The notes under the pieces are model-generated. The model was not told the DNA's origin and did no database searches. It saw only the letters and a program-made list of their open reading frames with translations. This document shows positions 10,770-22,756 of a DNA stretch of 38,581 nucleotides, piece after piece. The stretch's first letter is position 1. Each line of letters starts with the position of its first letter. A program made the translations under genes and the position numbers. The DNA is from Chiloscyllium plagiosum (Eukaryota): contig NC_057754.1 in assembly GCF_004010195.1 (NCBI RefSeq), forward strand, positions 4,301,937-4,340,517. The letters are read 5' to 3'.

Positions 10770-11497
10770 AATTTATTCACAAGTGAGAGCATCACTGCCA
10801 GTATTCATTACCCAGAGGACAGTGAAGAGTCGACCACATTGCTGTCGGTCTGGAGTCATATGTAGGCCAGACCAGGTAAGGACGGCAGACTCGAGAGTGT
10901 GGGGCTGGAAAAGCACAGCAGGTCAGGCAGCATCAGAGGAGCAGGTGTGAGAGATAAATGGGAGGGGGGGGTGGGGTTGGGAAAACATAGCTGGGAAAGT
11001 GATAGGTGGATGAAGGTGAGGGAGAAGGTGATGGACGTATCTGGAGGGTGATGCCGAGTTAGAGGCTTGGGACTGGGATAATGTGGTGAAGAGGGGAAAT
11101 GAGGAAGTTGTTGAAATCCACATTTATCCCAAGGCGGAAGATGAGGCGTTCCTCCTCCAGGCGTTGGGTGGTTACGATTTGCCGGTGGAGGAGGCCCAGG
11201 ACCTGCATGTCCTTGACAGAGTGGGAGGGGGGAGTTGAAGTGTTCAGCCACGGGCCTGTGGGGTTGGTGGGTGCAGGTGTCCCAGAGTTGTTCTTTTTCC
11301 CAAGGGTGGCAGATTTCCTTCCCTAAAGAACATCAGTGAAACGCATGGGTTTGCCCCTGACAATCCATTCATGGTCATCATTAGACAATGAATTCCAGAT
11401 TTGTTTCGCTTGTAGAATTCAAGTTCCACTATCTGCCAGAATGTGACCTATATCGCTGGATTAATGGTCCTACAATAATACCACTGGGCCATTGCTT
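10770..11497 (-). mobile_element. tRNA-derived SINE (family B) split by a Penelope fragment
   Basis: Halves at ~10770-10889 and ~11303-11497; GGCAGA on both sides of the insert. Confidence 0.7.
10890..11292 (-). mobile_element. Penelope-like element 3' fragment (GIY-YIG endonuclease C-terminus, frameshifted)
   Basis: Joining frames gives PVAEHFNSP/SHSVKDMQVLGLLHRQIVTTQRLEEERLIFRL..INVDFNNF, then a pyrimidine-rich 3' region and GATGCTGCCTGACCTGCTGTG terminus. Confidence 0.85.
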
Positions 11498-11499
11498 CG

Positions 11500-11810
11500 T
11501 CTGGAGTGCTGCATACAGTTGTGGGCACGATGTGAACACGTTGGACAGAGAGTACAGAAGCGATTCACTAGGACAGTTCCAGGGATGAGAGACTTCAGAG
11601 ATTGAAGAACCTGGAACTATTCCCCAGGGAGAGAAGAAGGCCGAGAGGGAGACTGGATCGAGGTTTTCAACATCCTGAGTGAGCTGGGTGCGACAGACCG
11701 GGGGAACAAACAAATGTGCTTATAACAGAAAACAAAACAAGAGAGCATAGATTTAAAGTGTTGTGAAACAAGGATGACGTGAGAGAAAAAAAAACATTTT
11801 CACCCAGCAA
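11500..11810 (+). mobile_element. CR1-type LINE fragment, highly decayed
   Basis: LDRVQKRFTR-like sequence; ACAAGAGAGCATAGATTTAAAGTG. Confidence 0.6.
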
Positions 11811-11816
11811 GTATTT

Positions 11817-12268
11817 ATAGAGTCATTGAGTCCTACAGCACAGAACTTCAGCCCAAACTGGTCCATGCTGACCAAAATGTCCATCCACGCTAACCCCATT
11901 TCCCTGCACTTGGCCCATAACCTTCTAAATCTTTTCTATCAATGTATTTGTCCCATCGCCTTTTCAATGTTGTTAGTATACCCGCCCCAAACACTTCCGC
12001 TGGCAGCTCATTCCATATGCGTTCCAGCTGAGTTGACCCTCAGGTTCCCTTTTATTCTTTCCCCTCTAACCTTAAACTGATGCCTTCCAGTCCTCGATTC
12101 CTCGACCCTGGGAAAAAGACTTGAGTGTATTCACCCTATCAGTGCCTGTCATGATCTTATACGCCTCCACAAGATCCCCCCTCAGTCTCTTACGCTCTAA
12201 AGAAAAAAGTCCTAGCTTGTCCAACTTCTCCCTATAACTCAGACCCTTGAGTCCTGGCAACATCCTTG
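11817..12268 (-). mobile_element. CR1-type LINE 3' end
   Basis: TRMLPGLKGLSYREKLDKLGLFSLERKRLRGDLVEAYKIM. Confidence 0.9.
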
Positions 12269-13275
12269 TAGGGTGGAGATGTGGTGGAGGCACGTTCAAT
12301 TAAAGCATTCGAGAGGGGGCCAATGGTAGATTATTTGGACGGACATGGGGTGGGGGGGGGGGGAGGGGGAGGCAGGGGATTGACACGAGGGGATAGAACA
12401 GACACAAGCTCAATGGCCTCAATGGTGCAGTAACGTACTAAGGAGAGTAAATTCAAATGGAGCAGAAATCTGACTGATTCCTGAAAATGGGTTAAATTTG
12501 TCCTCTGGTCCCCACCCGTTCCCCACCCCATCCTCCCACAATGTATTTTCCTGCCAGACCCCAGGTACAATAACAGCCTGTGTATTAATCAGCTGCCCTG
12601 TGCCACTGACAGCAATGCCGTGTCGCAGTAGGTTCCAGGTAATTGGCACTGGCCTCCCCACTAGCAGCTAAGGACAAAAGCGGGTTCTGTGAGTCTTGGC
12701 AGTAAACCGCGGAGCAGGGGCAGGACTGAGGAGTCTTGTCGTTTTGTGACTGCAGGGTCAGTTCATTAACTCGAAATAATAAAAACGGAACATGAGCGTT
12801 TGGGAGCCAGAGGCAAGCAACATCTTCCAGATGTTACAAATAGGTCCCACAAGGTAGCAAACAATACCATAAATAAGGAGATCATAAAGGTTTTGCCAGC
12901 AATATTTTGGCTCTTTATCGAGGTTAACCCCTTCCCTGCTGAACGGACATCAACTGTAACATATCAAAACTTAGTGAATGGGCACAGGCAGAATGAGTAA
13001 TCCTCACCCTGTTGACTGTGCAGTGACTAGGTCAGGTTACACAGAGAGAAACTGTGACCCTGAGTAAACTGTGACTCAGTACAGTTCCTGTGAGTCAGCC
13101 TCACTCCACTGAATACGAGTCATGCACAGCATGAACTGGAATGTACTGCCTCAGGAGCTGGTGCAAGCAGGTTTAGAGGCACTTGGAAGGTATTTAGTGG
13201 TTATTTGAGAAAGACGGCCATGGGGAGAATCAGGAAAATGGGCTCAGTTGGAGAGTTGGAGCATAACACAGTGGT

Positions 13276-13557
13276 TTAGATTAAGTTAGATTAAATTAGA
13301 TTATTTACAGTGTGGAAACAGGCCCTTCGGTCTAACAAGTCCACACCGACCCTTTGAAGAGCAACCCACCCAGACCCATTACCCTACATCTAACACTACG
13401 AGCAATTTAGCATGGCCAATTCACCTAACCTGCATTTTTTTTTTTGGACTGTGGGAGGAAACCGGAGCACCCGGAGGAAATCCATGCAGACATGGGGAGA
13501 ATGCGGAAACTCCACACAGACAGTTGCCTGAGGTGGGAATTGAACCCGGGTCTCGGT
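13276..13557 (-). mobile_element. HE1-like V-SINE, 5' truncated
   Basis: (TTAGA)n tail, V-domain, B-box. Confidence 0.85.
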
Positions 13558-13670
13558 TCTGTGAACGAATCCTTTAGGTTGCCCAATGTACAAGTTCAAC
13601 TTGCAGTTAGATTTTCCTTACCTAGCTGAGTAAGGAACAACTAGATTGATACAGTAACTGTGTAGTTAAG

Positions 13671-14200
13671 GTCATAGAGTCATACAGCAAGGAAACAGAC
13701 CCTTCGTCCAACCAGTCCGTGCCAAACATAATCCCAAACTAAACTAGTCCTACCTGCCTGCTCCTGGCCCATATCCCTCCAAACCTTTCCTATTCATGAG
13801 CTTATCCAAATGTTGTAAGTGTACCCATATCCACCATTTCCTCAGGAAGTTCATCCCACACATGGACCACCCTCTGGGTAAAAGGTTTGCTCATCGTATC
13901 TTTTTTAAATCTCAATCCTCTCTCCTTATAAATGTGTCCTCTCGCCTTGAAGTCTCCAATCCAAGGGAAAAGACAACAACCATGAACTCTATCTGTACCC
14001 CTCATGATTTTATAAACTTCTATAAGGTCGCCTCTCAACCTCCTACGCTCCAGTGAGAGAAGTCCCAGCCTTTCTTTATAATTCAAACCTTCCACACCTG
14101 GCAACATCCTGGTAAATCTCTTCTGAACCCTCTCCACCTTAATAGTATCCTTCCTACAACTGGGCGACCAGAACTGGACACAGTACTCCAAAAGAGGCTC
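13671..14200 (-). mobile_element. CR1/HER1-type LINE 3' end
   Basis: LLEYCVQFWSP..ERVQKRFTRMLPG..RRRLRGDLIEVYKIMRG. Confidence 0.9.
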
Positions 14201-15235
14201 AAAGAGATGTACAGCATGGAAACAGACCCTTCGGTCCAACATGTCCATGCTGACCAGATATCCTAAATTAATCTGATTCCATTTGCCAGTATTTGGCCCA
14301 TATCCCTCTAAACCCTTCCTATTCATGTACCCACCCAGATACCTTTTAAATGTTGCACCAGCCTCCACCACTTCCTCTGGCAGCTCATTCCATACATACA
14401 CCACCCTCTGCATGAAAATGTTGACCCTTAGACTCTTTTATATCTTACTCCTCTCATCCCAAACCTATGCCCTCCAGTTTTGGACGCCACTACCTTGGGG
14501 AAAAGACCTTGTTTATTTACCCTACCCATGCCCTTCATGATTTTATAAATCTGTATAAGGTCATCCCCTCAGCTTCCGATGCTCCAGGGAAAACAGGCCC
14601 AGCCTATTTAGCCTCTCCTTGGAGTTCAAACCCTCCAACCCCAGCAACATCCACGTAAATCTTTTCTGTACCTTTTCAAGTCTCACAACATCTTTCCTAT
14701 AGCAGAGAGAGCAGAATTGAATGCAATATTCCAAAGGTGGCCTAACCAATGTCCTGTACAACTGCAACATGACATCCCAACTCTTATATTCAATGCACTG
14801 ATCAATAAAGACAAGCGTACCAAATGCCTTCTTTACTGCCCTGTCTATTGGAGACTCCACCTTCAAGGAGCTAGGAACCTAAGGTCTCTCTGTTCAGCAA
14901 CACTCCCAGGACCTTACCATTAAGTGTATAAGTCCTGCCTTGATTTGCCTTTCCAAAAAGGAGCACCTCGCATTTATCTAAATTAAACTCCATCTACCAT
15001 TCCTCTGTCCATCGGCCCATCTGATCAATGTCCCATGGTACTCTGAGGTAACCTCCTTAAGTGTGCACCAATTATGGTGTCATCTGCAAAGTTACTGCGT
15101 TCTATATTCACAAGCAAATCGTTTGTATAAATGATGACAAGCAGTGTATCCTTGCGGTACACTGTTGGTCATGGGCCTCCTGCCCAAAAAATACCCTTCT
15201 GCCACCACCCTCTGTATCCTACCGTCAAACCAAAT
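14201..15235 (-). mobile_element. CR1/HER1-type LINE 3' ~1 kb (RT C-terminal region)
   Basis: FADDT-like motif near 15080; DRAVKKAFGTL..MLQLYRTLVRPPLEYCIQF; 3' UTR. Confidence 0.9.
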
Positions 15236-15539
15236 AGTGCTTGGTGAATAAGCAACAATTAAAATTCTACATTAGCAGTGACCATACCCTTACAGTGAGT
15301 GACCCTTACTTGGCTGAGTAGACCAGGAACTCTACAGGCTAAGACTGTGAGTAACCCTCAGCAAATTGCGCTTTATACAGCTACACAGGGAGTGACTGAC
15401 CCTCCCTCTGAATAACCAGGGATTGTTAGCAAGCAAACCTTATCCCCTTCTGATCAAGAGAAATAACGTGCTGGAGTTCAAATCAACAACATTGGAGGCG
15501 AAATGAAACGGGCACTCACATGTAGAGAAAGGGAGCTCA

Positions 15540-15770
15540 AACCAAGAGTAAGAACAGACTGAAACAGTATACTTTTGACCATTTCGCAACTATCAATGAT
15601 CCGGATACTAAGCTGGAGGGGAATGCTGTCAAAACTGGCAGACGTTACTCAAACAGGAGGAGTCATTAATTCTTTCGGAGAGCAAAGAAAGCTGCAACAG
15701 GATATTGATAAGAGTGGCAGATGGAGTTCAGTGTCAGTGAGTCTGAGGTGATGCATTTTTATATAATGAC
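15540..15770 (+). mobile_element. Decayed CR1 RT fragment
   Basis: DTKLEG..LQQDID..WQMEF...EVMHF-like residues. Confidence 0.5.
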
Positions 15771-16095
15771 TGCAGTCATTATATTTCAAACGGAGGGGGA
15801 GTCATGAGGCTGTGAACAGCTTCTGTCTCACAGGAGAATAAAGGTTGATCAAGTGGGAACGAGAAACGCCAACAGTACTCAGAGGTTGTGGAGTTTAATC
15901 CACAGTCTTGTCCTTCCCTGGTTAAAGACGTTTCTCCTGAAGTCCTCAGTTTTATTTACATTTTTATAGCCCCTGGTTGTGGTCTATCCCACTACTACCC
16001 CATCAAAAGCTTTTCATGATCTTGAAGGCCTTTATCAAGTCAATCCACAGTCTTCCCTTTTCTAAAAGCAGGACTGTAACTGAGGGCAGAAACAT

Positions 16096-16207
16096 GATTC
16101 TGAGCAAGAGTCACTGGACCCAAAATGTTAACTCTGCTTTCTCTCTCTCTCTCTCTCTCTCTCCCCCCAAAAACCTGCTGAGTTTCTCTAGTGATTTCCA
16201 TTTTCGT
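16096..16207 (+). mobile_element. Penelope-like terminus with degenerate hammerhead and (CT)n
   Basis: TTCTGAGCAAGAGTCACTGGACCCAAAATGTTAACTCTGCTTTCTC. Confidence 0.55.
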
Positions 16208-16304
16208 TATGGAATTATGGAGAAGGCCATTCGGCATATCGAGCATATCCCGCCATTCAACATGCTTGTGGCCGACCTCCATATCTGGTGTTGGAGGGGG
16301 TCCA

Positions 16305-16646
16305 GAGGAGGTTTAGTGGCTCAGTGGTTAGTGCTGCTGTCTCACAGCACCAGGGGCCTGGGTTCGATCCCACCCTAGGGTAACTGTCTATGTGCAGTTT
16401 CCATGTTCTCCCCATGTCTGCGTGGGTTTCCTCCCACAGTCCAAAGATATGCAGGTTAGGGTGGATTGGCCATGGGAAATTCCCCCGTAGTGTCCAGGAT
16501 GTGTAGGTTAGGTGGCTTAGCCATGGGATGTGCAAGATTACAGGGATAGGGTAAGGGGTTAAGTCTAGGTGGGATGTTCTTTGGAGGGTTGGTGTGGACT
16601 CGATGGGCGGAATGGCCTACTGACACACTGCAGGTATTCTATGATT
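16305..16646 (+). mobile_element. HE1-like V-SINE
   Basis: GTGGCTCAGTGGTTAG A-box, GGTTCGATCC B-box, V-domain. Confidence 0.85.
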
Positions 16647-16649
16647 CAG

Positions 16650-17075
16650 TGATCCCAGGACCGAAAGGTCTTGTCACATGAGGAATGGTTGAGGTTTCTA
16701 CTCACTGGAATTAAGAAGGAATGGGGGGGCGGGGATCTGATTGAAACTTACAGAATACTGAGAAGCCTGGCTGGGGTGGAGGTGAAGAAGATGTTTTCAC
16801 AAGTAGGAGAGACTAGGATCTGAGGGCACAGCCTCAGACTGAAGAGGTGATAGAGCTGAGGAGGAATTTCTTCAGTCTGAAGGTGGTGAATCTGTGGAAC
16901 ACATTTCTGCAGAGAGCTGTGGATGCCAAGTCATTGAGTGTCTTTAAGACAGAGATAGATTGGATCTTGATTACAGGAAGAAGACAGGAGAATGGGATTG
17001 AGAAACAGATCAGCCATAATTGAATGGTAGAACAGACTAGAAGGGCCAAATGGCCTAATTCTGCTCCTATATCTC
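16650..17075 (+). mobile_element. CR1-type LINE 3' end
   Basis: Similar to 5975-6560. Confidence 0.8.
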
Positions 17076-17721
17076 ACAGGGGAATATTACTGATATCATT
17101 TCCTTCAGGACTCTTTCTCTCTGTCACTCTTTTCTATCTCTTCCCTTTAATAGCAGCAGGATTTCCATTTCCAGAAAGAACTGTGAGCCCAGATGTTGGG
17201 ATTTCGCAGCTCGTAAAATTAAAGGCAAATTACCCTGACGAACAGCCACTAATTAGGAAGTGGGGTTGGCTGGGGGCAGAGCTGAGCAGAGTTTCGGAGT
17301 CCCACACTGTGTGAGTTATTTACGCTGGCAGTAAAAGGCTGCCCTGCCCGAAACAAGATGGGTCTGAACTCTCAGTGTGCGCTGTAAATCCCCCAGCCGC
17401 TGAGATTACCAACTCCCGCTGCTAACCTCTCCCAACCTTTTAACATGGAAGGTAAAACCAGACATCGGCAGGGGGGGGTCATGCTGATTGATTTTAAAGC
17501 AAGCCAGCATGGGCGAGTTGGACCAAAGGGTCTGTGATGGAACGGAACGGAGTGGCACTCCTATAGCCCGCAGAAGCGAAGGACTCGATTCCACTGTGCT
17601 TCCCAACTGGACTCTGTCTCTCCTCACACACCCTGCTCTTCAACCTCTGGCCTTGGCTCAGGCTGAAGGTACCGGCCCTACTCTCAGCAGGTCAATGCCA
17701 AACCAAGACTGACAGCAGTTA

Positions 17722-18068
17722 TGGGGAGGTGATGGGGCCTAATGGCATTATCACTGGACTATTAATCCAGAGACCCAAATAACACCTCAGGGACCTGAGT
17801 TTGAAAAACCACACCCCCAAGGCAAATGGTGGAATTTGAATCCAATAAATATTTGGAATTAAGAATCTAATGATGAGCATGAATCCATTGTTGGAAAAAC
17901 CCATCTGGTTCACTAACCGCCCTTTAGGGAAGGAAACTGCCATCCTAACCTGGTCTGCCCTGCACGTGACTCCAGACCCACAGCAATGTGGTTGACTCTT
18001 ATCCACCCCCATGGGCAGTAAAAGCTGGTCTGGCCAGCGACACCCTCATCCTGTAAATGAACAAGAAA
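17722..18068 (+). mobile_element. tRNA-derived SINE (family B), near full length
   Basis: tRNA-like head GGGAGGTGATGG..GAGTTTGAAAAACC; body AAAACCCATCTGGTTCACTAA; tail GCCAGCGACACCCTCATCCTGTAAATGAA. Confidence 0.8.
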
Positions 18069-18163
18069 ACCTTCCTGGCTGCTGTTGCCCAAGGGCTTTA
18101 GGACCCCAGAACAACCATGTGTTAATGGCACACTGTTACCTCACACTGGGCATAAATTGCAAT

Positions 18164-18781
18164 CCATGCCGACCATGATCCCCAAACTAAATTGATCCCA
18201 GCTGTCTGCTCCTGGAAATTATCCCTCTGAACCTTTCTTCAGCCAGAGAGTGGTGGGCCTGTGGAATTCATTGCCACGGAGTGCAGTGGAGGTCGGGACG
18301 TTAAATGTCTTCAAGGCTGAGATTGATAAATTCTTAATTTTGCAAGGAACGAAGGGCTACGGGGAGAGTGCGGGTAAGTGGCGTTGAAATGCCCATCAGC
18401 CATGATTGAGTGGAGGAGTGGACTTGATGGGCTGAATGGCCTTACTTCCACTCCTATGTCTTATGTCTATTCATGTAGTTATCCAAGTGTCTTTTAAATG
18501 TTGTAACTGTACCTGCATTTACCACTTCCTCTGGAAGTTCAATTCACACACAAACCACCCTCTGTGTAAAAAGATTTGCCCCTTGTGTCTTTTTTAAAAC
18601 TCCCTCCTTAAAAAAAGGGGAAAGATACCTACCATTAACTCTATCTATACCCCTCATTATTTTATAAGCCACTGCACGGTCAACTCTCAATCCCCTGCAC
18701 TCCAGTGATAAAAGTCCCAGCCTTTCTTTACAACCCAGCCCTTCCATACCTGACAACATCCTGGTAAGTCTCTTCTGAACC
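18164..18781 (-). mobile_element. CR1-type LINE 3' end containing an oppositely oriented CR1 3' end (~18235-18466, +)
   Basis: Host tail breaks at AACCTTTC and resumes at CTATTCATG. Confidence 0.75.
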
Positions 18782-19074
18782 CAGGGAGGGGTTTGCAGGG
18801 AACATTGGAGTCCAATAATCAAGGTCTGCAGAACACAGGGGTGTCCACAACACGTGGACTGAGGTGGGATGGAGAGGCTACAGTGTTGGGTCATAGACCT
18901 GCTGTGCTCTGGTCACTGGGGAGGTGCACACCGTAGCTAGAAGCGAGACCTCTGTTTCATTGAGACCCAGGTGCTGAGGTCAATTGTGATGCCCATTTAT
19001 GATACCTCCGCCCCCGAGCCCCAGTCCTAAGTGAGACCAGTAATAGATGCCTATCCCTATTGAACACAATTATT

Positions 19075-19725
19075 TGAAGTTTGCTTTACTTGTGGAGAGG
19101 GTAGTTAAGAAGGTGTCTAGCACGCTTGCTCAGTCCTTTGAGTAGAGGAGTTGGGACATCATGTTAAGGTTGTACAGGACATTGGTGAGGCCTCGTCTGG
19201 ATTACTGTGTCCAATTCTGGTCATGCTGTTATAGGAAGGATATCATTAAACTGGAGAGGGTTCAGAAGAGATTTACCAGGAAGTTGCTGGGCATGGAAGG
19301 TTTGAGTTATAAAGAAAAGCTTGGACTTTTATCACTGGAGCATAGGAAGTTGAGAGGTGACCTTGTAGAGAGTTATAAAATCATGAGGGGTATAGACAGA
19401 GTTAACGATAGTTGTCTTTTACCTGGGATGGGGGATTTCAGGACTAGAGGGCACATTTTTAAGGTGAGAGGAGAGGGATTTAAAAAAGACATGAGGGGTG
19501 AATGTTTTACACGGAGGGTGGTTCGCATGTGGAATGAACGTCCTGAGGAAGTGGTGGATGTGGGTCCAATTACAATGTTTAAGAGACATTTGGGTAGGTA
19601 GATGAATAGGAAAGGTTTGGAGGGGTATGGGCCCGGAGCAGGCAGACAGGACGAAGTTAGTTTGGGATTGTGGTTGGCATGGACTGGTTGGACCAAAGGG
19701 TCTGTTTCCATGCTGTATGACTCTG
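19075..19725 (+). mobile_element. CR1/HER1-type LINE 3' end with open ORF2 C-terminus (19161-19601)
   Basis: MLRLYRTLVRPRLDYCVQFWS..LERVQKRFTR..LRGDL..TRGH..WNE. Confidence 0.92.
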
Positions 19726-19813
19726 TAAAACTTGAAACATTGACCTCCTCACCTGCCTCTCTCTCTCTCCCCACAGATGCTGCCAGGGCTGCTGAGTTTC
19801 TCCAGCATTCTCT
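19726..19813 (+). mobile_element. Penelope-like terminus remnant
   Basis: GAAACATTGAC..CACAGATGCTGCCAGGGCTGCTGAGTTTCTCCAGCA. Confidence 0.5.
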
Positions 19814-20309
19814 GCGATGATCATGACCATTCTCTCGCTACAAGGGTGTCCTTCCGACTCTGCGCTATTTACGGGCGGTGCCTTGAACAGCATCAGTATC
19901 ACTGGGGTGATAGTCCACTGGGGAAGGCTGCACTTCAAACTCTGCATAGCCACAAGGCAGGAAACGTCTAACCTCAGAGTCTCGACAGACAGAGCCGCAC
20001 CCTTCCATGGGGAGCTCCAGTTTCAGTCTATCACGCCTGTCTCATCTGCAATGACAAACTGCTTGCTAAGGGCAAAGGCTGCCTCACCAGTGGGCGAGGC
20101 CACCACACGCCGACCTGAGCTGGGTGCTGAAATTCTTTTGTAAAGCTGGGATGTTCGGATTCCTGAATAAACGATCAATGAATAATTGGTGACACGCCAA
20201 ATGCCCATCACTCCTGACATCTCCTGTAGTTCAGACTGGCTATTGTTTTGCAAAGGAAGTCTCGCCCTGTTTAAGAGGGGAGCCGCACAGGCTCGCAAGA
20301 TTGCTATGA

Positions 20310-20800
20310 CGCGGAGGGAGGCCATTTGGCCCCTCGTGCCTGTACTGGCTCTCTGTGTTTTAACTTTGTGCTATTATCTGGCTTTTTCTCTATAACCCTG
20401 CCCATTGTTTCAACTTTGAATAAACATCGAATGCCCCAAATGAACACGGCCAAGCCACACATCCAGGCAATTCATTCCAAACTCTGTACTAAAGGACTTT
20501 CCTCCCCTCACTTTGCATTTGCTTCTCCTACCAAACGCTTTAAATTGTGCCCCTCTGGTCCCCGATCCGCCTCTGAAACTGCGGTTTCTCCCACCCACTC
20601 TGTGCAGAGTCTTTGTGAACCCTGTACCAGATCTCCCCTCAACCTTCGCCTCTTTAGCGAAAAAAGTCCCAACTTCCCCAATCTATCCGCATCAGTAGAG
20701 ATCCTCGTCTCTGAAACTATTCTCGTAAATCTCTCCTGTACTCTCTCCGATGCAGTCACGTGACTCCTGAAGTGTGGCTCCCCCCAGAAGCATACACAAT
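20310..20800 (-). mobile_element. CR1-type LINE fragment, continues at ~22368-22495
   Basis: ERVQERFTRIV..RLGKLGLFSLKRRRLRGDL. Confidence 0.8.
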
Positions 20801-22366
20801 AGTTTTACACAGCAAATAAGATGGCGGCGGAGTAGGACATTGCAGCCTGAGCTTGTCAGCTCCACCCACTCTTCTTCTTCATTTCTTCTTCTCTTTATCT
20901 TCCTCCTAGTGTTTATTTTCTTCTTCTTCCCCTTCTTCTTTTCTTCTCGTTGACTCCCAGCCTTTGATGATGACTCCCAGCTTCCAGTGACATCCAATGA
21001 AGAGTGACAATCCCCGGCCTCCAGCGAGCAACAATCCCCGGCCTCAGGTGAGGGACAATCCCCAGCTTCAGGAAAGGGACAATCCCCAGCCTCAGATGGG
21101 AGACAATCCCCGGTCTCAGGTGAGGGACAATCCCCAGCTTCAGGTGAGGGACAATCCCCAGCCTCAGGAAAGGGACAATCCCCGGCCTCAGATGGGAGAC
21201 AATCCCCGGTCTCAGGTGAGGGACAATCCCCGGCCTCAGGAAAGGAACAATCCCCGGCCTCAGGTGAGGGACAATCCCCAGCCTCAGGTGAGGGTCAATC
21301 CCGGCCTCAGGAAAGGGTCAATCCCCGGCCTCAGGAAAGGGACAATCCCTGGCCTCAGGTGAGGGACAATCCCTGGCCTCAGGTGAGAGACAATCCCCGG
21401 CCTCAGGAAAGGGACAATCCCCGGCCTCAGGTGAGAGACAATCCCCGGCCTCAGGAAAGGGACAATCCCCGGCCTCAGGTGAGGGACAATCCCCGGCCTC
21501 AGGAGAGGGACAATCCCCGGCCTCAGGTGAGAGACAATCCCTGGCCTCAGGTGAGGGACAATCCCCGGCCTCAGGTGAGAGACAATCCCTGGCCTCAGGT
21601 GAGGGACAATCCCCAGCCTCAGGAGAGAGACAATCCCCGGCCTCAGGCGAGAGACAATCCCTGGCCTCAGGTGAGGGACAATCCCCGGCCTCAGGAGAGG
21701 GACAATCCCCGGCCTCAGGTGAGAGACAATCCCTGGCCTCAGGTGAGGGACAATCCCCAGCCTCAGGAGAGGGACAATCCCCGGCCTCAGGTGAGAGACA
21801 AACCCCGGCCTCAGGTGAGAGACAATCCCCGGCCTCAGGAAAGGGAAAATCCCCGGCCTCAGGTGAGGGACAATCCCCGGCCTCAGGAAAGGGACAATCT
21901 CCTGCCTCAGTTGAGCGACAATCCCTGGCCTCAGGCAAGGGACAATCCCCGGCCTCAAATGAGCGACAATCCCCGGCCTCAGGTGAGAGACAATCCCCAG
22001 CCTCAGGTGAGCGACAATCCCAGTCTTCCAGCGAGCAACAATGCCCGGCCTCCGATGACGACTCCCAGCCTGGAGCAGTGGCCTCCCAGAGCAACCTCCT
22101 GGTGTGGTGTGTCGCCGATGCAGTGTGGAGCCAGGGCCCAGTGTGGATTGGAAACGAGGTGCCAGTGTGGTCTGCTGTACTGAACTCTTTTCTGTAATCC
22201 TAGATATTTTGTTTCTGTGCCAAATCTTGTAACAAAAGAAGCTGTGCTGAGGCACTTTTGCATCTAAGTTGTTGCTGTAATTGGCGACGTATAAACTTTT
22301 CACCAAACTAATTGAGTACTGTATATCTGACAATAAAGGCTATTCAATTCTAATTGATTCTATTCT
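20800..22366 (+). mobile_element. Non-autonomous retroelement-like insertion carrying a minisatellite
   Basis: AAGATGGCGGCGG start, pyrimidine tract, GACAATAAA and (ATTC/T)-type tail; interrupts a CR1. Confidence 0.65.
21003..22060. repeat. 24-bp GC-rich minisatellite, ~44 units
   Basis: GACAATCCCCGGCCTCAGGTGAGG; translates as (RDNPRPQV)n. Confidence 0.97.
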
Positions 22367-22756
22367 GTACTCTAGCTGAGATCTGACCAGTATCCTATGT
22401 AGGTTCATCTTGACCTTCCTGAACTCCATGTCCCTATTAATAAAGCCAAGAATGTTGTGTGCCTTACTAACCCCTCTCTCTCTGCCTGTCCTGTCAGCTT
22501 TAATACAGTCAGGAACATGTCTTTATCCCTCAGACAGAAAGCTTGGGGTCAAGACCCATCAGTTCCAGAGAGATGTCGTAAAATGTTCTAACAGGTTAAT
22601 TTAAAATATCCCCCATGAGTCTGTCTGCTCTATTAGAATAGAATCCTTTGTTTGATACCCTTTGAGGGAGCCGCACATTCAACACCTGAAAGACACATAC
22701 TCTTAGCCTCAGGACCTCTGCTGGAGAGGGAGCTCAGTTGATGGAGTATTTGTGAT

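Noticed and set aside
12347..12378. G-run with G-quadruplex potential
   Set aside because: Simple low-complexity tract within decayed repeat sequence; no supporting context
13802..14413. 203-aa RT-like ORF
   Set aside because: Chance in-frame fusion of two adjacent truncated CR1 copies in reversed domain order
21003..22333. Long ORFs (258-349 aa) and a CRISPR-like look
   Set aside because: Products of a 24-bp tandem unit without stops; frameshift near 21300; no unique spacers or cas genes
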